Shown here piece by piece: positions 49,551 to 62,150 of a stretch of 64,000 bases of DNA. A program made the position numbers and the translations under genes. Numbering within the stretch: the stretch's first letter is position 1; each line of letters opens with the position of its first letter. This DNA comes from Azolla caroliniana (lineage: Eukaryota > Plantae > Polypodiophyta). The notes beneath the pieces were generated by a model that saw only the letters and a program-made list of their open reading frames with translations, searched no databases and was not told where the DNA came from. The DNA lies in contig JBHGNT010000014.1 of NCBI GenBank assembly GCA_043228905.1, positions 2,728,001 to 2,792,000 on the forward strand. The letters run 5' to 3'.

Positions 49551-50348
49551 CTATTCATGTTGAAAACAAGGTTGGAAATGATGTACAACAACCCATTAAC
49601 AATGAAGATGTCAATGTATCTCATGATGTAGATCCATTGCCAGATAATGTGGATCATTGGGTAAGAAGATCTACATGTCCTAGGAGGCAAGTAGAACTTG
49701 GATGTAGCTGGTCATCTGGACCGCTTCGGCCTAGTAGAACTTGGACATGCTTGTTGGCATAAAAGGCTGACTCCTTCCAAATTAGGGCTTAGTATATAAG
49801 CAAATACCTAATGTTGTAAAGGGTGACGAGTGACAGAGAGACGAAGCATCGATGTATTGTATCTCAGAGAGAGAGAGAGTAAGAACGAAGCAATAAAGCT
49901 TTCCATTAGAGCTTGCACTGTCTAAGTCCACGCCTATTTTATTTTTTCTGTCTGCATTGTTTGCTGTTCATGACCAACACAGATCCATACACGTTTCCAC
50001 AAAACGCACTCGTTAGCAACAACTGGTATCAAAGCAAATCTTTACTGTTCGGCGGCAACAGACAACAGAAGAAGCTGAAAGAAAAGACCAGGTCAGAAAT
50101 CTCAAGTTCACAAAAAAGAATATGGCCTCAACATCCGGAACAAGAGTTGAAATCAGAAAATTCGAAGACAAAAACTTTGCCTTGTGGAAGGAGATGATGC
50201 AGGATGTGTTGATCATTCAAAGATAGGTCGAAGTCATTTGGCACAACAAAAAACCTGCTTCAATGAAAACCGGGGAGTGGAGATCAATAGACGAAATCAC
50301 ATGCTCCACCATCTGAATGCATATAGCCAAAAACGTCTATTTCAGCAT

Positions 50349-53300
50349 TGTGAAATGTTACGTGTGGAAGCTATACAAAACACAAAATATCGCCAGAGGA
50401 AAAAACAGGTTTAATGGAGAGCTTAAGAGACAATGTATGTTGGAGAGACAGAGAGGGAATGAACACAGAAAAACTGAATTAAAAAAAATGTGTGACACTC
50501 TGTACATAGGATGTGCTTAGAGAGCACTTTTATACAAGTCCATACGGATTGACAGAAGTACTGACATGCACATCAATGCTCATAACTAAGCCCCTACACT
50601 AACTCCCAAATATATTCCCTCGTAGAATATTTGTTCAACGACCTCCCGGTTCCGCACCGATCCGACCAATGTTGAGCTTGTATCTCAACACTCCCCCTCA
50701 AGCTCAACTTGAGGCTCTTCCGGTCCTTCGCTCCGGTTTCTCTTGACTCCACGCCTTGCTCGCACTCCTCGACCCGTTCGATTCTGTGCACCTCGATCCT
50801 TACGGTCGGCTTGTTTGCTCGTGCGGCCTTTTCCAGCTCCCTTGCTGTCACAGTGTTGACGCCTCTTCTGTTGCCCTTTCTTCCGCTTGGCCTTCAATTG
50901 ATTCGGCGCCTCCGAATCAAACATTCGACCCAAATCGACTGCCTTTGATTCTTCTCCACTTTTGTCCGAATTGGCTATCTCCAATTCGTCCTCAATCTTG
51001 GCCTTCTCACCCTTGTTGGCTTCATTTCCCCCATGTTTGGTTGGCTCCGGCTCTTTCTTTTGGCTTCTTCAGCCGACACTAACCGAATTCGTCATCTTAT
51101 TTGGTGTCACGGTCACTTCTGCTCCTTTCATGCTCCTTTTCGTGGTCTTACAGGACTTTTCTCCCCCTCAAGTTCAGCACGTCAAGGTGCCTCAACCCAA
51201 GCGCACCTGAGAACAACTTCTCCAGACCAAGGGCTTGGTGAAAATGTCAGAGTTTTGCCGATCCGTCGAAACATATTGAAGTTCAACTTCACCAGAGAGG
51301 ACACGCTCGGGGACAAAGTGGTAGTGCAACTCAATGTGCTTAGTTCAGGCGTGGAAAACAGGGTTCTTCGCACGTTGGATGTTGCTGAGGTTGTCGTAGT
51401 AGATCGTCGTTGGATCAGACACCTCCACTTGCAGATCCTTAAGTAGCCGCTTCAACCATATGGCTTCGCATGTTGTGACAACCGCTCCTCGATACTCAAC
51501 CTCTGTGCTCGACTGTGCAACTGTCAACTGCTTCTTGCTACTCCACACGATCGCGGCGCTCCCAAGGTAGAACGAGAATCCGGATGTGGATCGGCGATAG
51601 CCGACGTTTCTGGCCTAGTCGACATCTGTATAGCTGACTAGCTGCGTGGCAGTACTGGTCCGATATAGTAGTCCCCGGTCCTTAGTGCCACTGACATACT
51701 TGAGTACGCGTTGCGCGCACGAAAGGTGCTCCTCGGTTGGCCGCGACATGAACTGACTAATCAAGCCGGCCGGGTAACTGAGGTCCGGCCGGGTGATAGT
51801 CAAGTAAATGAGGCTTCTGACAATCTGTCAGAACCTTTTTGGGTCACAGACCTTGCCAGAGTTGAGGTGAAGCTTCATGGTTCTGTCAAGAGGAGTTGAG
51901 ATGGACTTACAGTTTGTCATCCCGAACTTGAAGAGCATACTCAACACGTAATGCCGTTGGCTGATCAATATGCCTTCGGGGGTTCGGATCACTTCGATCC
52001 CGAGAAAGTAATGAAGGTCCCCCAGGTCCTTCATATCAAATGATGCCGCAAGCTGGAGCTTTACGCGTTCAATTTCATCTAGGTTGACGCCGACGATGAC
52101 CAAGTCATCAACATAAAGTAAAATACTAACCGGCCCAAGTCGACCTTGTCGGACGAACAATGAAGGGTCCGATTTGGACGTCGTAAATCCCATTTGACGC
52201 AATTGTTGCGTGATCTTTGTGTTCCAGGCACGCTGGGCTTGCTTTAGTCCGTAAAGGGACTTCTTCAACCGGCATACCGCCGAAGTGTTCGTTCCGGAGT
52301 GAAATCCGAGGGGCTATACCATGTACACTTGTTCCTCAAGCTCGCCTTGCAGGAACACATTCTTTACATCCATCTGATGTAAGTGCCACCCCTTTGCCGC
52401 ATCTACCGCAAGCAAAACACGGACGATCGTCATCTTCGCGACCGACGCAAACATCTCATCGTAATCGATGCCATGTTGCTGCGCGTAGCCTTTTGCTACT
52501 AACCGGACCTTGTATTGGTTGACCGAGTCGTTGGTGTTGTACTTGACCTTGTACACCCACATGCATCCAATCGGCTTTACACCCTTGGGGGAGTCAACCA
52601 TGTCCCAGGTCTCATTCTCTGCAAGTGCGTTCATCTCTTCTTCCATGACAGCACGCCAATTCGCGTCCTTTGCCACTTCTGCATAACTCTCTGGCTCACG
52701 CACCTCCACTACGCATGTCATGTACGCATATTGATGTGCCATGTACTTGTTATATCTGAACTGCACAATAGGGTTCTTCTAGAGGGTAGATCGGCGTAAT
52801 TGCGCATTAGCCGATGTTGAGGCCGTTCTGGTAGACACGTGCTTCATTCTTGAAGGCCCGTCATCGCTCTTCTCGGAGTCGAATTCGCGTCGATCCGACT
52901 CGTCCCTATCCGTGCCATACTCCAGCATCTTCTTCTTTCCCTTTTCTTTGCACGTAAGCTGTCTCTTCGGCTTCCTGGGCGGGGAATGCATGACCGAGTC
53001 TCCACTACTCGTCGGTTCTTCATCCGACTGGTCCGCTACTCCGCTTGTTTGTTTCGGGGGTTATAACACTTATAACCCTTTTGCTCGTCCGAGTAGCCGA
53101 CCAAGATACACTTCTCGGCTTCGCGTCCAGCTTCCTCCGCTTCTCCTTCGGCACATGCACATACGCGATGCTACCGAAAACCCTCAAGCGTCGTAGATTC
53201 GGCTTCCTTCTGAAATACAGCTCATGTGCCGACACTTTTTCTCCGATCCGATTCTGGATGTAGATCGCGGTTCGGACCGCTTCCGCCCAATAGAACTTGG

Positions 53301-55797
53301 GCATGCTCTTTTCTTCCAACATTGCCCGTGCTGCTTTCACAACCAACCGATTCTTCCTTTCGGCTACGCCATTCTGCTTCGGCGTATACCTGCAATTGAA
53401 TTCGCGCCGAATTCCCATTTATTGTAGATAACTGTTGAATTGGCCGGAAAAGTACTCTTTTCCTCCATCCGATCGCAGGCACTTGATCTTCCTCCCTGTT
53501 TCCCTTTCGACAAGATTTTTGAGGTTCCGGAAACAGTCAAAGACTTCACTCTTCTTTTCGATGAGGTAGATCCATGTGTGCCGGGTGTAGTCGTCGATGA
53601 AGGAGACGAAATATCGACTCCTGCCAAGACTCACATTTTGTGTCGGTCCCCATACATTTGAATGTATCAAGTTGGGCTTCTTTCGGCTCCGACTACACTC
53701 GTTTGGGAAAGGAAGTCGGTGTTGCTTCCCTAGCTGGCAGGCTTCACAAATTTGGGCCCTTTGATTGCTGAATTTCGGCAATCCGAACACAACTTGTTTT
53801 GTGTTGGGATTTCGGTCCCTTTCGGATGGGATGGTCGGATATCGGAGATGAATGCCGACAAGCCCGGTTTCGGTTTCGGATCCGGATGACGAAGACCCCG
53901 GCTTCGGTGCCGGATGACGAATGTACCCGGAGAGCGATCCGGATGCAGGGACATATCCGTGAATATGTTCGCTATGGGCCCCTGAGGCTATAGTTGTAAA
54001 TAGCCCAAAGTCATATAAGTATAAATATGACTTAGGGCAAACAGTTTTACTGTTGCTTCTCATTTTTCTGTTTTTCCACTTTAGAGGAGTGAAGTGTAAG
54101 CAGCCGTGAGAGAGAGAGAGAGAGAGATAGAGCGCGAGAGAGGAAGAGGTAGACGCCTCTGTGTATTTCCGCCGCCTGTGGCGAGGACAGCGAGCTCAAG
54201 GTCGTCGCCTTGTATCTCGCCATTGTATACTTCTCTGTATAGTTTGTTTTGGAGTCTCGCACTCCCGTGGTTTTTCCCGTATAGGGTTTTCCACGTTAAT
54301 CCCTGTGTATCGTGTCTTTCTCTATATATCCTATTTTCTGCTGCATCGATTCGCGATTACTCGGTTGTGGCCGAGTGGTGAAGGTGAATCGAAGCGTCGA
54401 TTCCTTACATTTTGATTGCAGGTCCTGAAGCCTTTGGTAGTTGACATTGCCTATCCGCTTATGCCATGAGTTGATATCAGACTTGACATTTTGTCCTTTT
54501 GCAAACATGGCGGTGCCTACATCATTGGTGTCGAGGATGAACATCCTCCCATCTTTGCGCCCTTTTGCAATAACTTGGCCTTCTTCCTCGATGAAGCACC
54601 CGAGATGCATGAACCGGACTTGCATCCCCTGGTCGATGATTTGTCCGACCGACACCAGATTCTTCGTAATTGTCGGGATGTGTAACACGTTCATTAGCTT
54701 CCCTTTTTGCCCGACGTGGCTGAGGGGAACTTCACCGACATGTACGATCGGATGCGGAGTGTCGTCTCCTATTGCGACTACTCCTGGTTGTTCCGGTTTT
54801 TCTGGTGTTTCCAAATATGAGAACCACTCTTTATGGTTCGTCATATGGTTTGACGCTCCGGAGTCAATGTACCACACTTCGTTCGATTTCAGGGTGGTCT
54901 TCTTCATCGAGTTCGCTTCGTGTCTTGTCACGAAGGCTACCTACCCCCTTTCCGACTTTTTCAGATCCTTCGGTGTAGTGCGTCCGCTGCCAATTTCCTT
55001 GTTTGGTCCTTTTGGATCCAGATCCGGTTTTCTCCGAATCGGCGCGCTTCTTCCAACACTCGCGCTCCTTGTGGCCCTTCTTGCCACAATACCAACATTC
55101 TGTGGCATGTTTCCCTTGCCGGTTCCCATCGCCTCCTCGACTTCCCCTGCTTTCGAAGGGTCCGGAATTGCTGTCAGCATCACCAAGATGCCTTCTTCCT
55201 TGCTCCCGTCGGCCGCCTCCATTGCGCGCCGACTCGTCTCGTCCGCCACGACCACGGGGCCTATCTTCCTCCATGTACAACACCTTGTTGTTGGCGTGCG
55301 TACTCATCGACGCACCCTCGTGATTCTCCTCTACAAGGAGAATTGACTGCAAGTCGAAAAACGACGACGTATTCTCCCTTGCACAAAAAGCAGTTCGGAA
55401 TGCTCCGAACTTCGACGCCAATCCTCCGAGGCAGATCTGCACCATTTCACCCTCCTCAACGTTCACATCGATGGAGGCGAGGGAATCGCAGATATCCTTT
55501 ATCTTGGAGGTGTAGTCAGCCACCGTCATGTCGCGTTGACACACATTGCTCAACTCCTGTCGGAGTTGGAGCTTCTTGGCTGTGGTGCTTGCGGCGAAAA
55601 TCTTTTTCAGATTTCCCCAAGCATCCTTCAGCGTTCTTGCATCCCGAATGTAGCTCAAGAGTTGTTCGCTCACATAGGACGCGAAGCAGTAGAGAACTCT
55701 GCTTGCCGACTGTTCCCAGGCCGGGAAGTCTCTGTGTGTCGATTCAGATGTTGCATCATTTGCTCCATCGACATAGCTCCAGTAACCATGTCCGGCC
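50349..55797 (-). mobile_element. Ty1/copia nested in gag of the 49752-59959 element; 3' LTR present, 5' LTR deleted
   Basis: 3' LTR 50349-50690 and PPT (ctccccct, 50691-50698). gag with CWYCGKKGHKERECW, protease WYIDSGASNHM, integrase [19 protein letters not shown] and YVDDLV, RNase H SSKKQLTVAQSSTEVEY. Confidence 0.94.
53802..54409 (+). mobile_element. Solo LTR (608 bp) inserted in the nested copia
   Basis: Ends TGTTGGGAT...TTCCTTACA with TSD TTTTG (53797-53801 and 54410-54414). The uninterrupted site is seen in the sibling copy (gttttgattgca near 60453). TATAAATA near 54020. Confidence 0.92.
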
Positions 55798-58700
55798 AAG
55801 TCCTCATAGAGGACATTAGGCAAAAATCGATGGGACTAACCATCGACGAGTCGGCAGAAGCTCATCACTCGACCACGTCGTTCGACTGACAAAGTCGAAT
55901 GAAAGAACAAGCCGATAGAACCGATCGACACTACAACCAATCGAAAACGAGGGGAGACCGACATCGGTCGAAGTCGAAAACAGGTTGATCAAGCGAGTAC
56001 TATACACATTGCAGGAAAGCTTGCCACAATACTTCCGACTGCTGGTCAACAAAGACAAAAGAGAGTGGTCGGCGATTCGAGTGGAATCGGGGATGTTCCA
56101 ACTCGGACCACTCTCCGGTCGACAACCATGTCAATGTTGCTGACACCCGATCCGGAGAAATCCTCTCCTTAGAGGACTCAATGATCGGAGAAGTCCTCTA
56201 CAGTGCACAAGTTGCACACATGTGGCTACTAAACTCTGGTGCCACATTTCATGTGGCCCCCAACATTGAATGGTTCTCGAACTATTCAACCGATGCTAGC
56301 GACACAATCCGTCTGGGAAACATGCAAGAGTGCAAGATAACCGGAACCGGGGAGGATCCCATCAGATTTCCAAATGGCAACACAATAACCCTGCATCGAG
56401 TTTGGCACATACCCAATCTAAAGAGGAGTCTGGTCTCCATTGGCATGTTAGCCGAAGACGGGTACAGAACAACTCTACACGAGTCGACATGGGTGATCAG
56501 CTGAGGAAACCTCAAAATCGGTAGTGGGTACAAGTATAATAATCTATACCCATTGATGGCAATCAACCATGAAGGGGCCGTGAACGTAGCCGAAAAGACC
56601 AACCCAAACTTATGGCATGGTTGACAAGGCCATATGTCACAAGCCGGACTTGATCGGCTGATGTCGGTCGGCTACATCCCGAAACTCCAGGCAAAGACGG
56701 ACTTTTGTGAACATTGTCGATATGGGAAACAGACCTGAGGTCCGCACTCTCTTCACTACGAGACGGTACAACAACCCCTAGAGCTTGTGCACATAGATAT
56801 ATGTGGGCCCATGCCAGAGAGATCACTAAGAGGCTCCCGGTCTTCACGTCCAAAGATGAAGCGCTCGAGGTCTTCACTCAATGGATATCTGAAGTGAAGA
56901 ACCGGTCAGGATACAGAGTGAAGAAACTCCAATCCGACAACGGAGGTGAGTACACCTCTAGAGCCTTCAAACAATACCTGTCTGGAAAAGGGATCCGACA
57001 CCAAAAGACCGTTCCCTACACACCCATGCAAAATGGAGTGGTAGAACGGATCAACAGGATGATCCAGGATAGGGTGACGACAATGCTCTAGCAAGCCGGA
57101 ATGAAGCTGGAATTCTGGACCGAGGCATTGCAGATGGTAGTGTACCTGATAAATCTGGCACCATAAAAAACAATCAGACTTGAAGTGCCACATGCACTAT
57201 GGTCAAGCAAACAACTGACCTACGATAGGCTCCATATATTCGGATGCGAAGCCTACACGTTCATCCCCAGGGAGAAAAGGATAAAGTTAGCACCCCATGC
57301 AACAAAGTGCATATTCCTCGGTTATGGAACCAATGGGGACTTCGGCTACCGGCTATGGGACCCTGAGAACTGGAAATTGATCCGGAGCAACAACGTAGTC
57401 TTCAATGAAGACTCTATCTTGTCTCAGTGGAACCAATAGAAAACAGTTGTAAGAAGGTATCCTTCGAAGATGACAACAATGTCGAAGAAGGACTGACCCA
57501 TTGGGCCGAATTGGAGACTCGACAAACAATTGAACTTCAACAAGCTGCCAACACCAAATCAACAACAAGTCCTATCGTCGAAATTAAAGACAAAGTCATC
57601 AAAGACACAGCCAAATCGACAAGGATTGATAAAGGCAAAGTCATGCTCAGAAAAGAGTCGATGAAAACCACAGGGGAGGACAACCAAACACCATCGAAAT
57701 CCCAATCTAGGGGCGAGACACCTAACAAGACTCTTGATACAAATGGTTCAACTAATACCGATTGGTCAACAGAGCCAATCGAAGGATCCGAACCAAACAT
57801 CTCGTCACACAGGAGATCTAGACGAGCTCAAAGGCAAACAAAGTTCTACGAACCGGGCCTCGACTACGTCAACTACACGGATGCAGGTGAACCAAGCACC
57901 TATGAAGAAGTTATGGTCGCACCGGACCCCGAAACATGGCTACAAGACATGAAATCCGAAATGGACTCGATTCATCAGAATCAGACATGGGAGCTGGTCG
58001 AACTACCAGATGGAAGGAAGCTGCTACCTTGCAAATGGGTTTTCTGATACAAGTATGTATCTAACTAAGAGAAACCCAAGTACAAAGCTCGGCTTGTCGC
58101 GAAAGGATTCAAACAAGAATACGAGGTCGACTACGACGAGATATTCTCACCAGTAGTCAAGATAACCACCCTCCAACTCCTACTAGGAGTCGTGGCGATA
58201 GAAGATCTAGAGCTCGAGTAGATGGACGTAAAGACGGCATTCCTACACGGAGATTTGGAAGAAGACATATACATGTCTCAACTGTCAGGCTTCACGGCGA
58301 TGGGGGAGGACAATCACCTCGTATGTCGACTGAAGAAAAGTCTATATGGCCTCAAAAAAGCACCAAGAACATGGTACCAGAAGTTTGACTCCTACATACG
58401 GCAACTTGGATACAATAGATCAGACTCTGACCCATGCATGTATGTTCGACAACTGGCTGATGAGTCCAGGATCTACTTGATCCTATATGTCGATGACATG
58501 TTGATTGCAGGGAGCAATCAAGCAAATATCGGTAAACTGAAGCGGATCCTTCACGCAAAGTTTGCGATGAAGGAACTCGGACAAGCCCAACACATATTGG
58601 GCAGCGAAATCGGACGACCAAAACTCTCTAACTCTCCCAGTCCGAATACATCCGCAAGGTGTTGAAGCGCTTCAACATGGAGAATGTGAAGCCAACACCG

Positions 58701-59785
58701 ACACCGCTTCCGACGTTGATCAGACTATCGGATAGAGACTCTCCTTCGACGGACAAGGAGAGAGAACTTAATGGAAAGATACCTTACGCATTGGCAATAG
58801 GAAGTATCATGTACGCAATGGCGGCGACCGGACCTAGTCTATGTCGTAGGGGTGGTCAACCTAGGAAAGAAGCATTGGGAGACCGTCAAGCACATCCTTA
58901 GGTATCTAAAAGGAACCTTGGATGCACAACTGACTTTCAGACTGACAACCTCAGCCGAAGTCGAAGGCTACACCGATTCCGACTATGCCGGAAATGCAGA
59001 TAATTGGAAATCGACATTAGGCTACATCTTCACCTATGGTGGTGGGGCGATATCATGGAGGTCGAAACTTCAAGAGTGCACGGCTCTATCTACCACAGAA
59101 GTTGAGTACATAGCAACATCGGAAGCAACGAAGGAAGCGATCTGGCTACACCGACTGTTTGCCGACTTCGGAATTGCAAGCCGAAACGACTGACCAACGC
59201 CGACCATCTATTGCGATTCACAGAGCGCAATACACCTCATCAACAATCCCGTCTATCATGCGAAGACGAAGCACATTGAGGTGCGGTATCATCATATCTG
59301 GGAGCTCGTAAACAAAAAGAAAATCGAAGTCCTGAAGATCGACACTGAGGTGAACATCGTCGATTGCTTGACGAAGCCACTCCTAGATCTACTCTTCGGA
59401 GCACTAAGGACGAAAATGAGGCTACTACAAGCGACCAAGTAGAAGAAAGCCGAACGAGGAGCAGTAGGTAAGATCTGATCGGAACAATAATGACACATCC
59501 TATACATCTGCCGACTCGGCTGCATGTCGACCATCTTGTAACATATAAACTTAGATCAATTTTGTAATCTAGGCTTACGGGGGAGATAAACCCAAATACT
59601 TGTACACGCAAGAAAGAGTAGTCCTTTTACGGGGGAGTTTGTTGGCATAAAAGGCCGACTCCTTCCACATTGTATTCATCTGAGTGTGAACTTGTTAATA
59701 AGTTAGGGCTTAGTATATAAGCAAATACCTAACATTGTAAAGGGTGACGAGTGACAGAGAGATGAAGCATCGGTGTGTTGTATCT

Positions 59786-59821
<36 letters not shown>

Positions 59822-59959
59822 GAACGAAGCAAAAATGCTTTCCATTAGAGCTTGCACTGTCTAAGTCCACACCTTTTCTTTTCTTTTGTCTGCGTTGTTC
59901 GCTGTTCACGACCAACACAGATTGATAGACGTTTCCACAAAACACACTCGTTACCAACA

Positions 59960-61385
59960 ATGCTCTTCTCTTCCAACATTACTCGTGCCGCTTCCACAAT
60001 TGACCAATTCTTACTTCCGGCCACACCATTTTGTTCCAATGTGTATCGACAACTGAACTCCCTCCGAATTCCTTTCTGTTGGAGATAACTGTTGAATTGG
60101 CTGGAAAAATATTCTTTTCCGTCATCCGACTGTAGGCACTTGATCTTCCTCTCCGTTTCCCGTTTGACAAGACTTTGCAGGTTCCAGAAATAGTCGAAAA
60201 CTTCGCTTTTCCTTTCGATTAGGTAGATCCATGTGGGCCGGTTGTAGTCGTCGATGAAGGAGACGAAATATCGGCTCCCGCTAAGACTAACATTCTGTTT
60301 CGGTCCCCATACATCCAAATGTATTAGATCAAGCTTGTTACGGCTTCGGTTTCTTTAAGTGGGGAATGGAAGTCGATGTTGCTTCCCGAGCTGGCAGGCT
60401 TCACAAATTTGGGTCTTCCGGCCACTGAATTTTGGCAATCCGAAAACAACCCGTTTTGATTGCAAATTTTGAAGCCTCTGGTAATTGACGTGGCTGATCC
60501 GCTTGTGCCACTGATCGATATCCGACTCGATCTTCTGGCCCTTTACGAACAAAGTTGTGTCTACGTCATTGGTGTTGAGGATGAACATCCTCCCGTCCCA
60601 GCGCCCTTGCGCAATAATATGGCCCTCTTCCTCAACGAAGTAGCTGAGGTGTGTAATACACACCTGCATCCCCTGGTCGCCAATCTGCCCGACCGACACC
60701 AGGTTCTTTGTGATTGTCAGGACATGTAGTACGTTCATCAAGTTTGCCTTTTGTCTGACATAGCTTAAAGGGACTTCTTTGACATGCACAATCGGGTGAG
60801 GAGTGTTGTCTCTGGTTTCGACAACTCCCGGTTGCTCCAGCTTTACTAGAAATAAGAACCACTCCTCGTGGCTCGTCATGTGGTTAGATGCTCCGGAGTC
60901 AATGTACCATACTTCCTCCGATTCGGAAGTGGTCTTCTTCATTAAGTTCGCCTTGTGCTTCATCACGAAGGCTAGCCCTTGTCCGGTCTTTCGGGTTCCG
61001 GATCCTTCCGATCCTTCTATGTAATGCGAGCTTTGTCGGTTTCCTTGTCCGGTCTTGTTAGATCCGGATTTATCCAAATCGCCACGCTTCTTCTAGCACT
61101 CACTCTCTTTGTGACCCTTCCGACCAGAGTACCTGCATTCCATGTTAGCCTTTCCTTGTCGGTTTCGGGCGTCGCTTTGGCTCCCCCTGCTTGTGGAGGG
61201 TTCGGAATTGTTGTCAACACTATCTCCATGCCTCCGATTCTGCTCTTGTCAGCCGACGCTACTGCGTGCGGACCCACCTCGTCCTCCACGCCGACGGGGC
61301 CGATCCGCCTTCGTGTACAACATCCGATTGTCCGATTGAGTGGTCCTCGACCCACTTGCGTGGTTTTCTTTGACCATCAGCATCG
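59960..61385 (-). mobile_element. Ty1/copia fragment (gag end, protease, integrase start) that hosted the 49752-59959 insertion; ~55 bp of its continuation lies at 49697-49751
   Basis: WYIDSGASNHM, CEACQLGKQHRLPFP, YFVSFIDDY, ARVMLEEKS. Joining across the TSD restores the KSM(S)KFY.AEAV integrase segment. Confidence 0.9.
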
Positions 61386-61399
61386 ATCGACATCCCATA

Positions 61400-62150
61400 C
61401 CACCGCCATGGCATCGAGTTGTACATGTTACTTGTGTGCTCGGTACAAGAGTCTGATCACCACAAGATCACAGTCTCGATGTAGTCGAATGATGTGACTA
61501 AGTAGGGTAGGTGGGCGTCATATTTATAGCCATACCTAAGGCCCCCAAACAAGTTTAGACTTGGCCCTTATGTGTTGTCTCAATTCCTAGGATTAAAAGT
61601 AATCCTCCCTTCTTTACACTCTTGATTAAACCTCACACTTTATCCTCGTGGTAGAATACTACGGTACAACTTACCACGGGATAAATTATTGTCATGCTCG
61701 TAACAATGTGGATATCTTCATGGGAGTAGGGATGGATATGCGTGTATTTGTATACAAATGTTTGTGTCATAAACATCGACTGGAATGTGAACCTTAGGCC
61801 CTTGTATATATATATTTCTCCTAGACAAACTTTAGACTTCAAACCTTTGTATAAAGAGTGGTATGTAAGACTCAATATGTAAGACCCAATATGTAAGACC
61901 CAATATGTAAGACTTGGCATGCAAGAATTAGTATGCTTGATATTATAGTATGTAAGACTAGGCATGAGCATGCTTATCATGCATCACTACATGTATAAAA
62001 AGGGTTGATCTCCCTTGTTAACATCAAGGAGATCAACACCAGTCATGGAATAGATACTTTTACTCATTGTCATCAACTTCTCAATCTCCCTATCTCATCA
62101 ACTTCCCCATCTCTTTATCTCCAATTGTTCATCCGTGACATTTTGTGTGA
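61400..62150. repeat. Probable LTR-like remnant with short tandem TAAGAC(C)CAATATG repeats
   Basis: gtaagactcaatatgtaagacccaatatgtaagacccaatatgtaagac at 61865-61915. Boundaries unclear. Confidence 0.35.

Larger units (their letters stand above)
46610..49696 (+). mobile_element. Decayed Ty1/copia internal region (protease, GAG-pre-integrase, integrase) carrying a MITE and a solo LTR
   Basis: WIVDSVASFNVTP protease near 46889; ELWHKRLCHM...CNECQYGKQ; YFISFVDDY...KCLHIDNGGEFTS; GIFMGY...GYRIW; RRSTCPRRQ just before truncation. Confidence 0.85.
49752..59959 (+). mobile_element. Two-LTR Ty1/copia retrotransposon with a nested insertion
   Basis: LTRs at 49752-50021 and 59640-59959 (TGTTGGCATAAAAGG...CAACA); TSD ATGCT on both sides; PBS TGGTATCAAAGC at 50024-50035; PPT GGGGGAG at 59631-59637. 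gag KFEDKNFALWK, protease WLLNSGATFH, integrase SDNGGEY, RT MDVKTAFLHG and YVDDML, RNase H TDSDYAG. Confidence 0.96.

Noticed and set aside
53419-54063. 214-aa ORF with a novel N-terminus fused to integrase
   Set aside because: A chance read-through from the inserted solo LTR into the copia integrase.
54441-55819. Long plus-strand ORFs (301 and 299 aa)
   Set aside because: Antisense shadows of the GC-rich copia gag/protease.
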